Source: Escherichia phage vB_EcoM_G4498
Reading direction: 5' to 3' (one strand)
DNA length: 64,000 nucleotides
Sequence record: NC_054918.1
Positions 9,047 through 18,542 of this stretch are shown here, in pieces. The notes below the pieces were generated by a model. That model had not been told where the DNA came from and ran no database searches. It was given only the letters and a program-made list of their open reading frames with translations. A program made the translations under genes and the position numbers. The stretch's first letter is position 1. Every line of letters begins with the position of its first letter.

Positions 9047-10366
9047 TCACACATAAAATACGTCATAACGACCACGGGTAACACCAACATAAAGAAGTTG
9101 TTGAGCCAATTCAGCATCTGCATAATGAATACAAGGCGTATAAATGAAAGCACGGTCTACAGACATACCCTGAGCTTTATGGAATGTTGATGCAGGAAGT
9201 GCTTTCACTTTACTAAACTGTGATTTAGCATCCCAAAAATCACTCCACGGAGCTTTTCCGCCTTTGTTCCAATTTTTATAAGTTTCTGCAGTTTTACCTA
9301 AAAATAGGTTAAACTTATATAGCTCTTCATCAGATGAAATTATTTTAATCTTTTCACGATAATATTCATCATCGCCGTAAGTTTCTACTGTTAAATCCCA
9401 ATGACGAATTAAGTATTCTCCAGGAACACCACGGGCTTTAACAAACGTTGATGTATACTCTGCTTCTATAATACGAACTAATTGTCCGTTATTAAAAATA
9501 ATTTCTGACACAGGCTTTCCATCAATTTTATATGTTTTAATTAATGGTTCCTGCATTACAATAATTTCACCTACAATAAAATCTTTATCAGTTTCAAAAA
9601 TCTTTTTACGAATAATGCTATTTAACTTGTCAACAGATTTATTCGTAAATGCCATCACGCGATTTTCAAACAAATCATCTAGAGATTTGACGATTGAAAA
9701 ATAATTTACCATAAAATCGCGTAAAGCGGTATCACCAGTAAATCCACGTACTCCATGCCCGTCAACAACTTTATCATAAATCCACTTACCGTTACGAACG
9801 TCAGTAGCTACATCAATAATAGGAGCATTACTGCGTTTAACTTCAGTAAGTTCACACTGATAAAAATCTTTGTGTGTAAAGAATGGACTGATATAAGCAG
9901 TATTTTCTCCTGGATCAACAGGTCTAATTTGCTTATTATCACCTATTCCAATTATAGTACACCAAGGTGGAATAGTTGAAAGCAGAATTTTAAATAGCTT
10001 TCTATCATACATTGACACTTCGTCGCAGATTAATACCCTGCATTTAGCTAAATCTGGTACTTCCTTCTGTTCAAAAAGAACGTTTTCTTCATACGTAACT
10101 GGGTTAATTTTAAGAATACTGTGAATAGTACTCGCTTCTTTCCCCGACAGTTTTGAAAGAATCTTTTTAGCTGCATGTGTAGGAGCTGCCAAAATGATAC
10201 CAGTTTCGCCTGTTGATATTAAAGCTTCAATGATGAACTTAGTAAGAGTAGTCTTACCAGTACCAGCAGGTCCATTAATAGTTACATGATGTTTCTTTTC
10301 TTTAATAGCCCTCATAACGATGTTAAAGGCATTTTTCTGGCCTTCTGTCAAATCATCAAATGTCAT
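9047..10366 (-). CDS. dda: Dda DNA helicase (SF1B)
   Basis: 439 aa (T4 Dda length); Walker A GPAGTGKTT, Walker B LICDEVSM. Confidence 0.9.
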   Translation of the reverse strand: MTFDDLTEGQKNAFNIVMRAIKEKKHHVTINGPAGTGKTTLTKFIIEALISTGETGIILAAPTHAAKKILSKLSGKEASTIHSILKINPVTYEENVLFEQKEVPDLAKCRVLICDEVSMYDRKLFKILLSTIPPWCTIIGIGDNKQIRPVDPGENTAYISPFFTHKDFYQCELTEVKRSNAPIIDVATDVRNGKWIYDKVVDGHGVRGFTGDTALRDFMVNYFSIVKSLDDLFENRVMAFTNKSVDKLNSIIRKKIFETDKDFIVGEIIVMQEPLIKTYKIDGKPVSEIIFNNGQLVRIIEAEYTSTFVKARGVPGEYLIRHWDLTVETYGDDEYYREKIKIISSDEELYKFNLFLGKTAETYKNWNKGGKAPWSDFWDAKSQFSKVKALPASTFHKAQGMSVDRAFIYTPCIHYADAELAQQLLYVGVTRGRYDVFYV

Positions 10367-10674
10367 CGGAAAGTCCCTGCAATTGGAATACTAACAATAC
10401 GCCCAGTATCTAGAATTCGTTGATATAATCTTTGTGTATCTACATCAGGCTTAACATGTTTAACTTCTATTTTATTAAACCAAAACTTGCGTGGAGTCTC
10501 AACTAGTCTTGGAATTCCCATACCTAAAGCTAGTTTATATTGGTCTTTGAGAGTAGTAAAAACTCTATCAGCAATCTCTCTTTCAAAAAACACAGCAGGA
10601 CGATGTTCATCAAGTGGAACTGGCGCCGTAAATCCGTCTTTGTCTCGGTAAACTATCGCATATACATAAACCAT
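10363..10674 (-). CDS. hypothetical protein (dda.1 position)
   Basis: 103-aa ORF, stop/start overlap with dda. Confidence 0.5.
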   Translation of the reverse strand: MVYVYAIVYRDKDGFTAPVPLDEHRPAVFFEREIADRVFTTLKDQYKLALGMGIPRLVETPRKFWFNKIEVKHVKPDVDTQRLYQRILDTGRIVSIPIAGTFR

Positions 10675-10675
10675 A

Positions 10676-11422
10676 TTATCCTCGGATAAGTTTAAAAATT
10701 GAACAATTTAGCGGGTATCCTCTTTTCAGTTTAAGTTTATCAATAAAAGACAAATTTTGATACCGCTCTACACCTTGAATAATTTTATCACACATATCAT
10801 ATTGCATTTCTGCTTCTGACAGCTTTTTCACAATTTTCCAATCCGAGCCTTTAAGAAGAACGTTCAATTTAACAACTTCAGCGCCTTCTGCTATGCGAGA
10901 ACCATCAATACGTGCTTTAAGTGCTATAATCCTTAGCTTAATGTCAGAGGTCTGTTTTGATTTAGAAAGCTGAGAAATGTGTTCAATTCGGTTTTCACGT
11001 TTTTTCTGTATAGCTTTAATTTGATTATAAGTCTTTTTGATTTTAGCCCATTTCTTTTCATCTAAATTTAGTTTATGAACTTTTTTCGCAGATGAACGAC
11101 CAATTCGCAAAGCAAATAAATCCCGTTTTTCAATCAACTCTTCTAAAGTATAATCAGAACGAAATGTATTATACTTTTTCTTTACTGCAATAACATTCCC
11201 TTTAATGTATCCAATGTTATTATTAAAACGTTCTAATGATAATTTCTCTCCTTCAATACGATTATCAAAAGGTTCTCCCGAGTAAGCACAAACTTTTTGA
11301 TCTAAAATGTTCTTAATGTAATTGAAGTCTAAGTTAAAATCTTTAGAACGTCTTTTTGCAGATGCCTGAGTATGCTCTAGACGACGTTTAATTTTACGAA
11401 TTTGATTATTAGACAGCTTCAT
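10676..11422 (-). CDS. hypothetical basic protein (Srd position)
   Basis: 248 aa, Lys/Arg-rich; size and position resemble T4 srd, not verified. Confidence 0.45.
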   Translation of the reverse strand: MKLSNNQIRKIKRRLEHTQASAKRRSKDFNLDFNYIKNILDQKVCAYSGEPFDNRIEGEKLSLERFNNNIGYIKGNVIAVKKKYNTFRSDYTLEELIEKRDLFALRIGRSSAKKVHKLNLDEKKWAKIKKTYNQIKAIQKKRENRIEHISQLSKSKQTSDIKLRIIALKARIDGSRIAEGAEVVKLNVLLKGSDWKIVKKLSEAEMQYDMCDKIIQGVERYQNLSFIDKLKLKRGYPLNCSIFKLIRG

Positions 11423-11452
11423 ATTTTTCTCACATCTTACGGACGGTTAACT

Positions 11453-11490
11453 ACTTATACTATAACATTTTTACCTTAACTTGTAAACAA
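11453..11490 (-). promoter_or_regulatory. early promoter upstream of 10676-11422
   Basis: Minus strand GTTTAC-N17-TGTTATAGTAT. Confidence 0.55.
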
Positions 11491-11545
11491 CTTTATGTAA
11501 AAATGCTTTAAAACTTTCATGGTATAATGAATCTAAGTCCTTCCA

Positions 11546-12148
11546 TTATAGATTAAATCCTTCAAAATCAAGAGTATAGATAGTGTATGTTGAATACTTT
11601 TTGTACTCATATCTATCTGCAATTCTAAATACACTTCCAGCTGGTATCATTACTTCTTGTTCATCTGAAACTAATTCCATATTACGATAACGATGGCTAT
11701 CTGGAAACTTAAAGTTTGGATTGTATTCTTTACAGCGTAGAGCTTTTATAGCATACTCCTGGAAATTGAATACCATAGGAGCTTTGAATTCAAAAATAAC
11801 TTGTGTGTTATACTCTAAACCGGAAGCAAAATGTAGAGCTATATTTTTATCATATGAAGCTGATACTACTTTATCAAATGTAATAATATCAATTCCTTGA
11901 TTTAATATTTGTTTAGTCTCAGCTGGAACACCTCTCCAAAGAGGTTTATCGTTTGGAACCAAACGAGATTTGATTATTTCATTTAACCAAGTATGGTCAT
12001 CTGGCTTATTAGTAATACAATGAATTAAAAGTTCAATTTCAGATAAATTAAACCCTTCAGAAAGTAATTCTTCACGAATAGAAGCACGCACCGATGCATC
12101 CATTGATTTTATTTTAAAATCTTTTAGTTGCATTACTGAGTATTTCAT
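11546..12148 (-). CDS. modA: ADP-ribosyltransferase ModA
   Basis: 200 aa (T4 ModA length); R-S-E pattern (LWRG, SASYD, SDEQEVMIP). Confidence 0.75.
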   Translation of the reverse strand: MKYSVMQLKDFKIKSMDASVRASIREELLSEGFNLSEIELLIHCITNKPDDHTWLNEIIKSRLVPNDKPLWRGVPAETKQILNQGIDIITFDKVVSASYDKNIALHFASGLEYNTQVIFEFKAPMVFNFQEYAIKALRCKEYNPNFKFPDSHRYRNMELVSDEQEVMIPAGSVFRIADRYEYKKYSTYTIYTLDFEGFNL

Positions 12149-12768
12149 TCAACTACCTCAATATCATAAACTTTAAATGTTCCAAATGAATCGTGTAATT
12201 TTTCTTTTGAAATAGAAGTTATTTTATACTTTCCAATTGGAATCATCCATTCTTGTTCACGCACAATCATCATTAAGTTATCAGTACGCTCTGAATCTAA
12301 TCCATCAGTATCTTCATACGTGTACTTAAACTCAGTATTAGGAGAAGAAAGTATAATATCGCTGATATGGTCAGAATAATTAAAAGCTTTATTAGTTTTT
12401 AAGCGAAGTATTATTTTAGTAAAATATTCAGCGTAAGAAAAAGAACATGCTGTGAGCAAACTAGTAGTAAATGAATCTACTCTATTCGTTGAAAACACTT
12501 CTCCGACTTGTAAATCTTTAATGAGTTCTTTTGTCGATTTTGATATACCACGATATAGCTGATAAGGCGATTTAGTTAAATGCTTTTTAACGATTTTATT
12601 CAACTGCCGATGAAGAGCTTCATTCTTTTTGGCTTCCATACATTGCCAAAGAACTGACTGCTCAAAGTCAGTAAATTTTTCACAGACCTTTTTATACATA
12701 TCATATTGAAAATCAACGCTTTCAGCTTTTATAGATAACTGTTCAACATCTGCAAGATTAATAATCAT
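12145..12768 (-). CDS. modB: ADP-ribosyltransferase ModB
   Basis: 207 aa (T4 ModB length); QLYRG, STN, REQEWMIP motifs; SD GGAGG upstream. Confidence 0.75.
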   Translation of the reverse strand: MIINLADVEQLSIKAESVDFQYDMYKKVCEKFTDFEQSVLWQCMEAKKNEALHRQLNKIVKKHLTKSPYQLYRGISKSTKELIKDLQVGEVFSTNRVDSFTTSLLTACSFSYAEYFTKIILRLKTNKAFNYSDHISDIILSSPNTEFKYTYEDTDGLDSERTDNLMMIVREQEWMIPIGKYKITSISKEKLHDSFGTFKVYDIEVVE

Positions 12769-12791
12769 GATAGCCTCCGTATACTTCAGAA

Positions 12792-12826
12792 GCTATCATA
12801 TCATCGTTAGAAAGGAAAGTAAACAA
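12792..12826 (-). promoter_or_regulatory. early promoter upstream of modB
   Basis: GTTTAC at -35 (plus 12819-12824) with an A/T-rich -10 region. Confidence 0.5.
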
Positions 12827-12835
12827 CTTTTTGAA

Positions 12836-13018
12836 TTATTTTGCCCAGGGAGCCCAAGGCGGAGGGTCAAGATGGTATGAAGCTAGTTCTTCTAGAAGAG
12901 CATCTGGGGCTTCAATTCCATAATTCTGTAATACTATACGGTACTCTTTCTTATAATCACTAGAATCATTCTGGATATTCGTAGAATGATTATCTTCTAA
13001 CATCTCAAATAAATCCAT
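12836..13018 (-). CDS. small hypothetical protein
   Basis: 60-aa ORF. Confidence 0.4.
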   Translation of the reverse strand: MDLFEMLEDNHSTNIQNDSSDYKKEYRIVLQNYGIEAPDALLEELASYHLDPPPWAPWAK

Positions 13019-13026
13019 ATTAATTC

Positions 13027-13497
13027 CTAGCGATAAAAACCAAAGTGACGATTAGCTTCAACAATCTTTCTTTCTTCTTCAGACATTCTCCAGCGTAGTC
13101 CAACATCAAAATGAGCCCAGACCATCTTAACAAATGCGTGTATGTCTTTAATATCTTCAATAATGAATGTTTTACTTTTAAAAGGCTGACTCGCTAATTT
13201 AACTTTATCATCTTCAAACAGGTCAAAAAGACCATATTCATGAGCTCTTTTATAGCCTTTAATAGTTAAAGCTTCAGAAGAAGAAAACGGTGAATCAGTA
13301 TTCTGCAAAATATCTTCAGTATGCTTTATAATTAGAATAATATTTTCTGGATATTTTCTTTCTTTTATATCTTTAATTAAAAAATCCGGATTTTCTGCTA
13401 AAGGAATAATTAATGAGCATTTTTTATCAAGTGTATTTACTGATTTACCTTCTTTAGACATAAATTCTATTGAATAATGTTTTGCTACTTCAATCAT
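13027..13497 (-). CDS. hypothetical protein
   Basis: 156-aa ORF in the mrh/srh-equivalent region. Confidence 0.5.
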   Translation of the reverse strand: MIEVAKHYSIEFMSKEGKSVNTLDKKCSLIIPLAENPDFLIKDIKERKYPENIILIIKHTEDILQNTDSPFSSSEALTIKGYKRAHEYGLFDLFEDDKVKLASQPFKSKTFIIEDIKDIHAFVKMVWAHFDVGLRWRMSEEERKIVEANRHFGFYR

Positions 13498-13650
13498 GGG
13501 ATTTCCTTTTGCCTACTAATGGACCGTCAGGAATTTTGTTTTCCTGAATGTATTTCTCATTTTCTTCCATCATTTTACTACCGATTTTAAGAAGCAAATC
13601 TAACGCTTCATTTGCTTTAGCCTTAGCCTCTTCTAACGTCATGTTCTTGT

Positions 13651-13854
13651 TCATGATTTATCCCCATAGATGTCTCTCATCAATTTAAGCGCTGAGCGCT
13701 CTAATTTCTTTTCTTTCTCAGCACTAATCATTGATTTCATCCATTCTTCTGATTCGTTCTGCATTTCTTTATTTGCCTGTTCAACCCAACCGTCATCAAT
13801 ATACATTGAGTTTGGTCTATTGAACCATTCAAGCATCTTCTTCAGAACTTTCAT
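13651..13854 (-). CDS. small hypothetical protein
   Basis: 67-aa ORF. Confidence 0.4.
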   Translation of the reverse strand: MKVLKKMLEWFNRPNSMYIDDGWVEQANKEMQNESEEWMKSMISAEKEKKLERSALKLMRDIYGDKS

Positions 13855-14347
13855 TCGTTTTACCTAAAACAATAGTAGGAGCATCGTCAAATTTATGAAT
13901 TTTTAGCAAATTTGGATTTAAACTATTCCATAAAGAGGTAATAAAATATGATAGCGCATTTTCTTCCGTAATTATAAATTTATTTCCCTTATCTATTTTC
14001 CAGTCATATATTGAATCATATGAATATAATGGCAGCGGTTTATTATTATAATATGCTTCAGCAACATCAATATAGTTAGATTTAGTAAATGCTTGAATTG
14101 CCATAAATGGAGAATTTTGTACAGTTTCAATAATTCCGATCTTTTTAAGTTTTATTTCAACATCTTCTGGAATTGGCATTGAAATAAAATCTTCTACTAG
14201 ATACATGTCATTGTCATATCTTTTATCAATCATTACTGCTACGGTAATTGGAACATCCTTGACAAACGCCATACTAATACTATTGATAGACATTTCAAAC
14301 AAAATTGCTTCCATAATTTTCCTCAATCGCAAGATGTAGATGAACAA
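13829..14347 (-). CDS. hypothetical protein
   Basis: 172-aa ORF; true start may be an internal Met. Confidence 0.5.
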   Translation of the reverse strand: MFIYILRLRKIMEAILFEMSINSISMAFVKDVPITVAVMIDKRYDNDMYLVEDFISMPIPEDVEIKLKKIGIIETVQNSPFMAIQAFTKSNYIDVAEAYYNNKPLPLYSYDSIYDWKIDKGNKFIITEENALSYFITSLWNSLNPNLLKIHKFDDAPTIVLGKTNESSEEDA

Positions 14348-14664
14348 CTAGAATCACAAGAACTTCCGCATGAATCACCTGCCCATACATGAACAGGAAC
14401 ATTAGTGTCATATGAATCAGAACTAGACTGTGTATTCTGTGTGTTAGATGATGTAGTAGGTACTGACCATCGCCAAGGATTTTTATAATATTCTTGGGCT
14501 TCTTCATAAGTCATAGTAACTGCTTCTACTGTTCCATCTCCCATATAAACATACTCAACTACAGTTAAAGGAAGGTAGTCATTTGAAATAGGAACTACAC
14601 CTTCTCCCGGAGTTGTAGAGAAAAAATCTGTAAAGAAATTTTTAAACCAATTAAAGATAAACAT
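14323..14664 (-). CDS. hypothetical protein with Cys/Ser-rich C-terminus
   Basis: 113 aa ending [15 protein letters not shown]. Confidence 0.5.
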   Translation of the reverse strand: MFIFNWFKNFFTDFFSTTPGEGVVPISNDYLPLTVVEYVYMGDGTVEAVTMTYEEAQEYYKNPWRWSVPTTSSNTQNTQSSSDSYDTNVPVHVWAGDSCGSSCDSSCSSTSCD

Positions 14665-14870
14665 TACAAAAAGCCTCTTTTGAATTCGACTTGCTTCTCA
14701 CCATAATCATATCGAATCTCTGCATTAAATTCGACAGAACCATCTGCGTACATCATAAATGAATGAACAACAACTTCTGTAGACCATGGTTGCAGTTCAT
14801 ATTTCTTCATTACATGCCGTGAAATGATAATATCTAAATCTTCATTTGGTTTAATCCAACGATTTAACAT
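14664..14870 (-). CDS. small hypothetical protein
   Basis: 68-aa ORF directly downstream of an early promoter. Confidence 0.5.
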   Translation of the reverse strand: MLNRWIKPNEDLDIIISRHVMKKYELQPWSTEVVVHSFMMYADGSVEFNAEIRYDYGEKQVEFKRGFL

Positions 14871-14895
14871 AGTGCTCTCCTCTATAAGATAATTC

Positions 14896-14927
14896 TATTA
14901 TACCATACTCATTTTGGAAAGTAAACC
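14896..14927 (-). promoter_or_regulatory. early promoter
   Basis: Minus strand GTTTAC-N17-TGGTATAAT. Confidence 0.7.
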
Positions 14928-14941
14928 GTTTAAATGAAAAA

Positions 14942-14961
14942 AGGACTCCCGAAGGAGTCCT
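14942..14961 (-). terminator. rho-independent terminator after soc
   Basis: AGGACTCC-cgaa-GGAGTCCT hairpin followed by a U-run on the minus-strand transcript. Confidence 0.7.
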
Positions 14962-14966
14962 TGAAT

Positions 14967-15212
14967 TTATTCACCAGTTACTTTCCACAAATCTTCATTT
15001 GCAGCAATCCATTCAGTACGTTGATTTTCTTCATATACTGTAGAATATGCTGCTTTTTCTGAAGGGAATGTCTGGTAATGTGCACCAGAAATTTTGTGAA
15101 CGTCAGAATAAAGAGGGAAAGCTACGGAAATTTCCTTTCCTTCAATTTTCTTATTTCCATCTAATTTCTGCTCAAATGTTTTGATATTAACATAACCGCG
15201 AGTACTAGCCAT
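14967..15212 (-). CDS. soc: small outer capsid protein Soc
   Basis: 81-aa ORF MASTRGYVNIKTFEQK... matches T4 Soc as I remember it. Confidence 0.9.
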   Translation of the reverse strand: MASTRGYVNIKTFEQKLDGNKKIEGKEISVAFPLYSDVHKISGAHYQTFPSEKAAYSTVYEENQRTEWIAANEDLWKVTGE

Positions 15213-15242
15213 GTAATTCTCCTTTTATTTAAATTACATGAT

Positions 15243-15250
15243 TATTTATA
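15243..15250 (-). promoter_or_regulatory. late promoter (TATAAATA) for soc
   Basis: Minus strand TATAAATA about 30 nt upstream of the soc ATG. Confidence 0.65.
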
Positions 15251-15280
15251 ATAAATTCTCGCGGCTTTTAAGACGAGCTG

Positions 15281-15799
15281 TTAATAACCTCGGTCTTGAC
15301 GAGCGAAATTTTCAGCATTTTTCAGATAATAAAGTTTAAAGATTTCTTCTGCTGTAAGACCAAGACCTTGAAACATGTTCAGAACAAAATGGAGAATATC
15401 AATCATTTCGAATTTGATTTCTAACTGGTCCTGTGGAGACAAATCAGTAATCAGAGTTTCACGACGTTCACCATGCTGAGCTTTCCACGGCTTCCATACA
15501 GCAGATGCATCTTTTTCGCCATTACTCATACCACCAAGAGAAGTCAGAAGTTCGCGGAATTCATCATCAATATAATCTTTCTGATTACGCAGCCAATCAA
15601 CAACTTCACCTGCAGTAGCCAAATCATCAGGATGACGGTTATATTCAGGTTTATCTTTAGCTAAACGAACTTGCAGAGATTTCTGCATATCAAGCATTAC
15701 CTGCAGCGGGTCTTTTTCATCACCGAGAATATCCCAATATTCATTTTGAGCTTTATCAGCGCCTTCGATCAGTTGACTACATTCGTTGAAATGTGGCAT
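15281..15799 (-). CDS. 56: dCTP pyrophosphatase (dCTPase/dUTPase, MazG-like)
   Basis: 172 aa; size and position of T4 gp56. Confidence 0.8.
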   Translation of the reverse strand: MPHFNECSQLIEGADKAQNEYWDILGDEKDPLQVMLDMQKSLQVRLAKDKPEYNRHPDDLATAGEVVDWLRNQKDYIDDEFRELLTSLGGMSNGEKDASAVWKPWKAQHGERRETLITDLSPQDQLEIKFEMIDILHFVLNMFQGLGLTAEEIFKLYYLKNAENFARQDRGY

Positions 15800-15800
15800 G

Positions 15801-16451
15801 TTATTTTTCCTTTCTTATGAAGTTTTCTATCATATGTCTATAGCAGATATTAGGATAACCTGCCTTGACAGCTATTTTATTAAATTTTGTGCGCTTAGGT
15901 CTATTATTATAAACCCATAATTCATAAAGCGCATCATAACTATTCCATATTTCTCCTCGCCTAGGATTTGGTAAACCATATCGAGGTGAATTTTTACCGC
16001 TAAATCTTCCTTTTCGGGCTTTACTCATATTAGCCTTGGCTTCATCGGATATAATTTTACCTTTATGAGCTAGACGCATTTTGGCTTTAGTTTCTTCTGG
16101 GGTCTTTTTGCCTTTAATCCATGACGGCTTGCCATATCTAGGATTATTTTCACCCGAGAAAAGAACAGAGTTTTGGATTTTAAGGGTTTCTATTAATCTA
16201 CTTGTTAATTTAACACCTTTATTATATCGCATTAAATTTACAGCATAATGCAATCCTCTCACATCTGGATATATTTTAGTTAATAATCTATGAGCTATAA
16301 AATGCTCACGCGCAGTTAACTCAACAAGATTGTTTTTGTCATCTGCTCCTCCTATACATCTAGGAATTATATGATGGCGTTCTTTATATCCGCCAAGATG
16401 CCGGCATTTAGCTTTTGTAATTAAAGCCGAGTAAATTTTTTGGTAATTCAC
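15801..16451 (-). CDS. HNH homing-endonuclease-like protein
   Basis: 216 aa; HHIIPRCIGGADDKNNLVELTAREHFIAH HNH motif; NUMOD-like GENNPRYGKP / GKNSPRYG repeats; GTG start with SD AAAGGA. Confidence 0.75.
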   Translation of the reverse strand: MNYQKIYSALITKAKCRHLGGYKERHHIIPRCIGGADDKNNLVELTAREHFIAHRLLTKIYPDVRGLHYAVNLMRYNKGVKLTSRLIETLKIQNSVLFSGENNPRYGKPSWIKGKKTPEETKAKMRLAHKGKIISDEAKANMSKARKGRFSGKNSPRYGLPNPRRGEIWNSYDALYELWVYNNRPKRTKFNKIAVKAGYPNICYRHMIENFIRKEK

Positions 16452-16483
16452 ATATATCCTTTCAATTCATGGGTTAGTAGATT

Positions 16484-16508
16484 AATTATACAATAAATAT
16501 ATAAAGCA
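16484..16508 (-). promoter_or_regulatory. MotA-box middle promoter upstream of the HNH gene
   Basis: Minus strand TGCTTTA - 11 bp - TATAAT. Confidence 0.5.
16492..16499 (+). promoter_or_regulatory. late-promoter-like element (AATAAATA)
   Basis: 7/8 match to TATAAATA, about 22 nt upstream of the plus-strand small ORF. Confidence 0.35.
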
Positions 16509-16521
16509 ATAAGGAGGACAT

Positions 16522-16722
16522 ATGGTACAAAAATTAATGGCACTTGTTAATGCCATAAAAGGTAATAAGAAACGTATAGCTTTTACTATTTCTGCTATGG
16601 TAGGAATTTTACTCTGGAACTTTATTTTATCACCTGTTGCAATTGCACATGGTATTAATATTCCAGTAGTTACTCTTGATACATTCGTAGATTTAGCATT
16701 TGCTTTAGTTGGGTTAATTTAA
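16522..16722 (+). CDS. small hydrophobic (membrane) protein, plus strand
   Basis: 66 aa; strong SD AAGGAGGA 6 nt upstream; hydrophobic segments; convergent with gene 61. Confidence 0.5.
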   Translation: MVQKLMALVNAIKGNKKRIAFTISAMVGILLWNFILSPVAIAHGINIPVVTLDTFVDLAFALVGLI

Positions 16723-17747
16723 ATCTTAGCATATTTAGATAGCCGCATTTTAGCCATCAACCCCTGGGCAATATTATTTTTCATATATTCCATAATTTGT
16801 TCAGGGGTTGCACCTTCCTTTCTAATCATATCATTAACATCTTTTGATTTCCAGGGAGATTTATCCCAAAACATAACCCTTTCTCCTACATCAACTAATT
16901 TAGTCATTCGCTTGATAGTGTCAGGGTGACGAGGTTCATTATCTAAAACCCACACTCGTCTATCTTTAAATGGAACAACTTCTAGGTCTAATTGACCACC
17001 CGTAATAGCTATACCATTTTCAATAAAAAGTGAATCTATAGGTCCTTCTAGAACATATACATCACCATCTTTAACTCGTTCAACACCGTAAATTTTTGTT
17101 GCCTCAGGATAAGCTTTAATGGTGATATATTTTTGAGGAGCATCTTTCTTTAATGCACGTCCTTGAAAAGACTCAGCTTTTCCATTAGCATTATAAATTG
17201 GAATAACAAGACGAGGCTCAGAAATTTCCTTTTTGTATGTTCCCGGTGCTATGCTATTAACTAATTTAGGCCATTCGGTTGTAAACCAAAGATATTTCCA
17301 TTTATCCTTTGGAATACAACGAGCTTTTACATATTTTATAATTGGATGGTCTTCCGCCAGTTTATCTAATCTAACACATGACGGAAGAGATTTAATTATT
17401 TTCTTCTCAGGTTGCTTAGGAAGTTCTTTAGGTTTTTCTACTGGACGACTTTTACCTTTTTCTTTTCTTATTTCAAAAATATACTCACGATATAAATCAG
17501 GTTCAAACTCCTTTAAATATATTCCGATTGGTGCATGATAGTTACAGTTATAACAATGAATATTTCCTTCATTATTATCGCCGTAATACCATCCACGGGC
17601 TTTATTTTGGTCGGTTTTTGAATCTCCACAAACAGGGCATCTAAACCGTAATTTAAAAGTTGAACTATTATTTACTTGTGTGAATTTAGGTAAATGAGCT
17701 AGCGCACGGTATGCAAACTCATTATCAATCCAAGGTATTGATGACAT
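16719..17747 (-). CDS. 61: DNA primase
   Basis: 342 aa (T4 gp61 length); N-terminal zinc ribbon CPVCGDS...CYNC; TOPRIM-like core. Confidence 0.9.
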   Translation of the reverse strand: MSSIPWIDNEFAYRALAHLPKFTQVNNSSTFKLRFRCPVCGDSKTDQNKARGWYYGDNNEGNIHCYNCNYHAPIGIYLKEFEPDLYREYIFEIRKEKGKSRPVEKPKELPKQPEKKIIKSLPSCVRLDKLAEDHPIIKYVKARCIPKDKWKYLWFTTEWPKLVNSIAPGTYKKEISEPRLVIPIYNANGKAESFQGRALKKDAPQKYITIKAYPEATKIYGVERVKDGDVYVLEGPIDSLFIENGIAITGGQLDLEVVPFKDRRVWVLDNEPRHPDTIKRMTKLVDVGERVMFWDKSPWKSKDVNDMIRKEGATPEQIMEYMKNNIAQGLMAKMRLSKYAKI

Positions 17748-17749
17748 TT

Positions 17750-17914
17750 TTACTCTTCTTTTTCTTTAGATTCCTCTTTTTTCTTTTTAGGAATCTGTTC
17801 AGGACCTTTATTTACTACAGCGCCTGATGCTGTTCCAGTAGAGATATTTTCAGGATTACCACCTGAATCTCCAGCGACCATATCTTCTTTGATAAATTCT
17901 TTATATGTTTTCAT
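17750..17914 (-). CDS. small ORF (54 aa) with capsid-targeting-sequence-like N-terminus
   Basis: Not in ORF track (<60 aa). ATG 17914 with SD GAGGT; translation MKTYKEFIKEDMVAG...EKEE; N-terminus resembles MKTYQEFITE of the ip gene at 63049-63522. Confidence 0.45.
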   Translation of the reverse strand: MKTYKEFIKEDMVAGDSGGNPENISTGTASGAVVNKGPEQIPKKKKEESKEKEE

Positions 17915-17915
17915 A

Positions 17916-18542
17916 TTAACCTCTATTCATAAAAGCATTAAAAATTTGGTCATCAATAGAAACATTCACTTTAGACTGTTTTTCTGATGGTAATTCATAT
18001 CCACATATTACAATTTTATGATCAATATCAAAATACACAGAAGCAATATGATTAATGATGTTTTCAGTAAAGTCTAAATCAACATCAATATCTTTTTGAC
18101 CACAGCCCAAAGGATAAATAATGCGAGTAATTCGATTATCTTTAACAAAGATTCCACCGATATACTCTGTGCTGCGTTCAAAGTCTACACGCCGACGAAA
18201 TGAAAAATATTCAGGCTCTTTATGAGCTCGGCTCATAGGACACAACGAGTAACTAGAATAAGAGATGTCAAATCCTACGCCTTCAATATGAGCCAAATTA
18301 TCATGATTAAACCAATTATAATCGTACGCCAAGTCCATTAGATTATAATATGTGAAAGGCACCGGATTAACATCACTAGTCGCAAGCATGTAATTAGCAA
18401 CTGCTATAATTTCGTTGTTTTTAACGAATACAAACCGCGATTGATGCGAATGACCTGGACCTGCGTTTTCACGATTAATGATATAACACTGGGCACCTTT
18501 ATATTTGTACGTGTCTTTGCACTTGTGCATTTGATAAAGCAT
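17916..18542 (-). CDS. hypothetical protein (61.1 position)
   Basis: 208-aa ORF. Confidence 0.55.
   Translation of the reverse strand: MLYQMHKCKDTYKYKGAQCYIINRENAGPGHSHQSRFVFVKNNEIIAVANYMLATSDVNPVPFTYYNLMDLAYDYNWFNHDNLAHIEGVGFDISYSSYSLCPMSRAHKEPEYFSFRRRVDFERSTEYIGGIFVKDNRITRIIYPLGCGQKDIDVDLDFTENIINHIASVYFDIDHKIVICGYELPSEKQSKVNVSIDDQIFNAFMNRG

Noticed and set aside
14295-14507. 70-aa minus-strand ORF overlapping 14323-14664 in another frame
   Set aside because: Alternative-frame ORF with a His/Leu-rich low-complexity translation and no SD; the 113-aa frame is preferred.
15801-16451. Possibility that the 216-aa ORF at the 56-61 locus is a diverged Dam methyltransferase
   Set aside because: It contains a clear HNH motif and NUMOD-like repeats, and no DPPY or FxGxG SAM-binding motifs.
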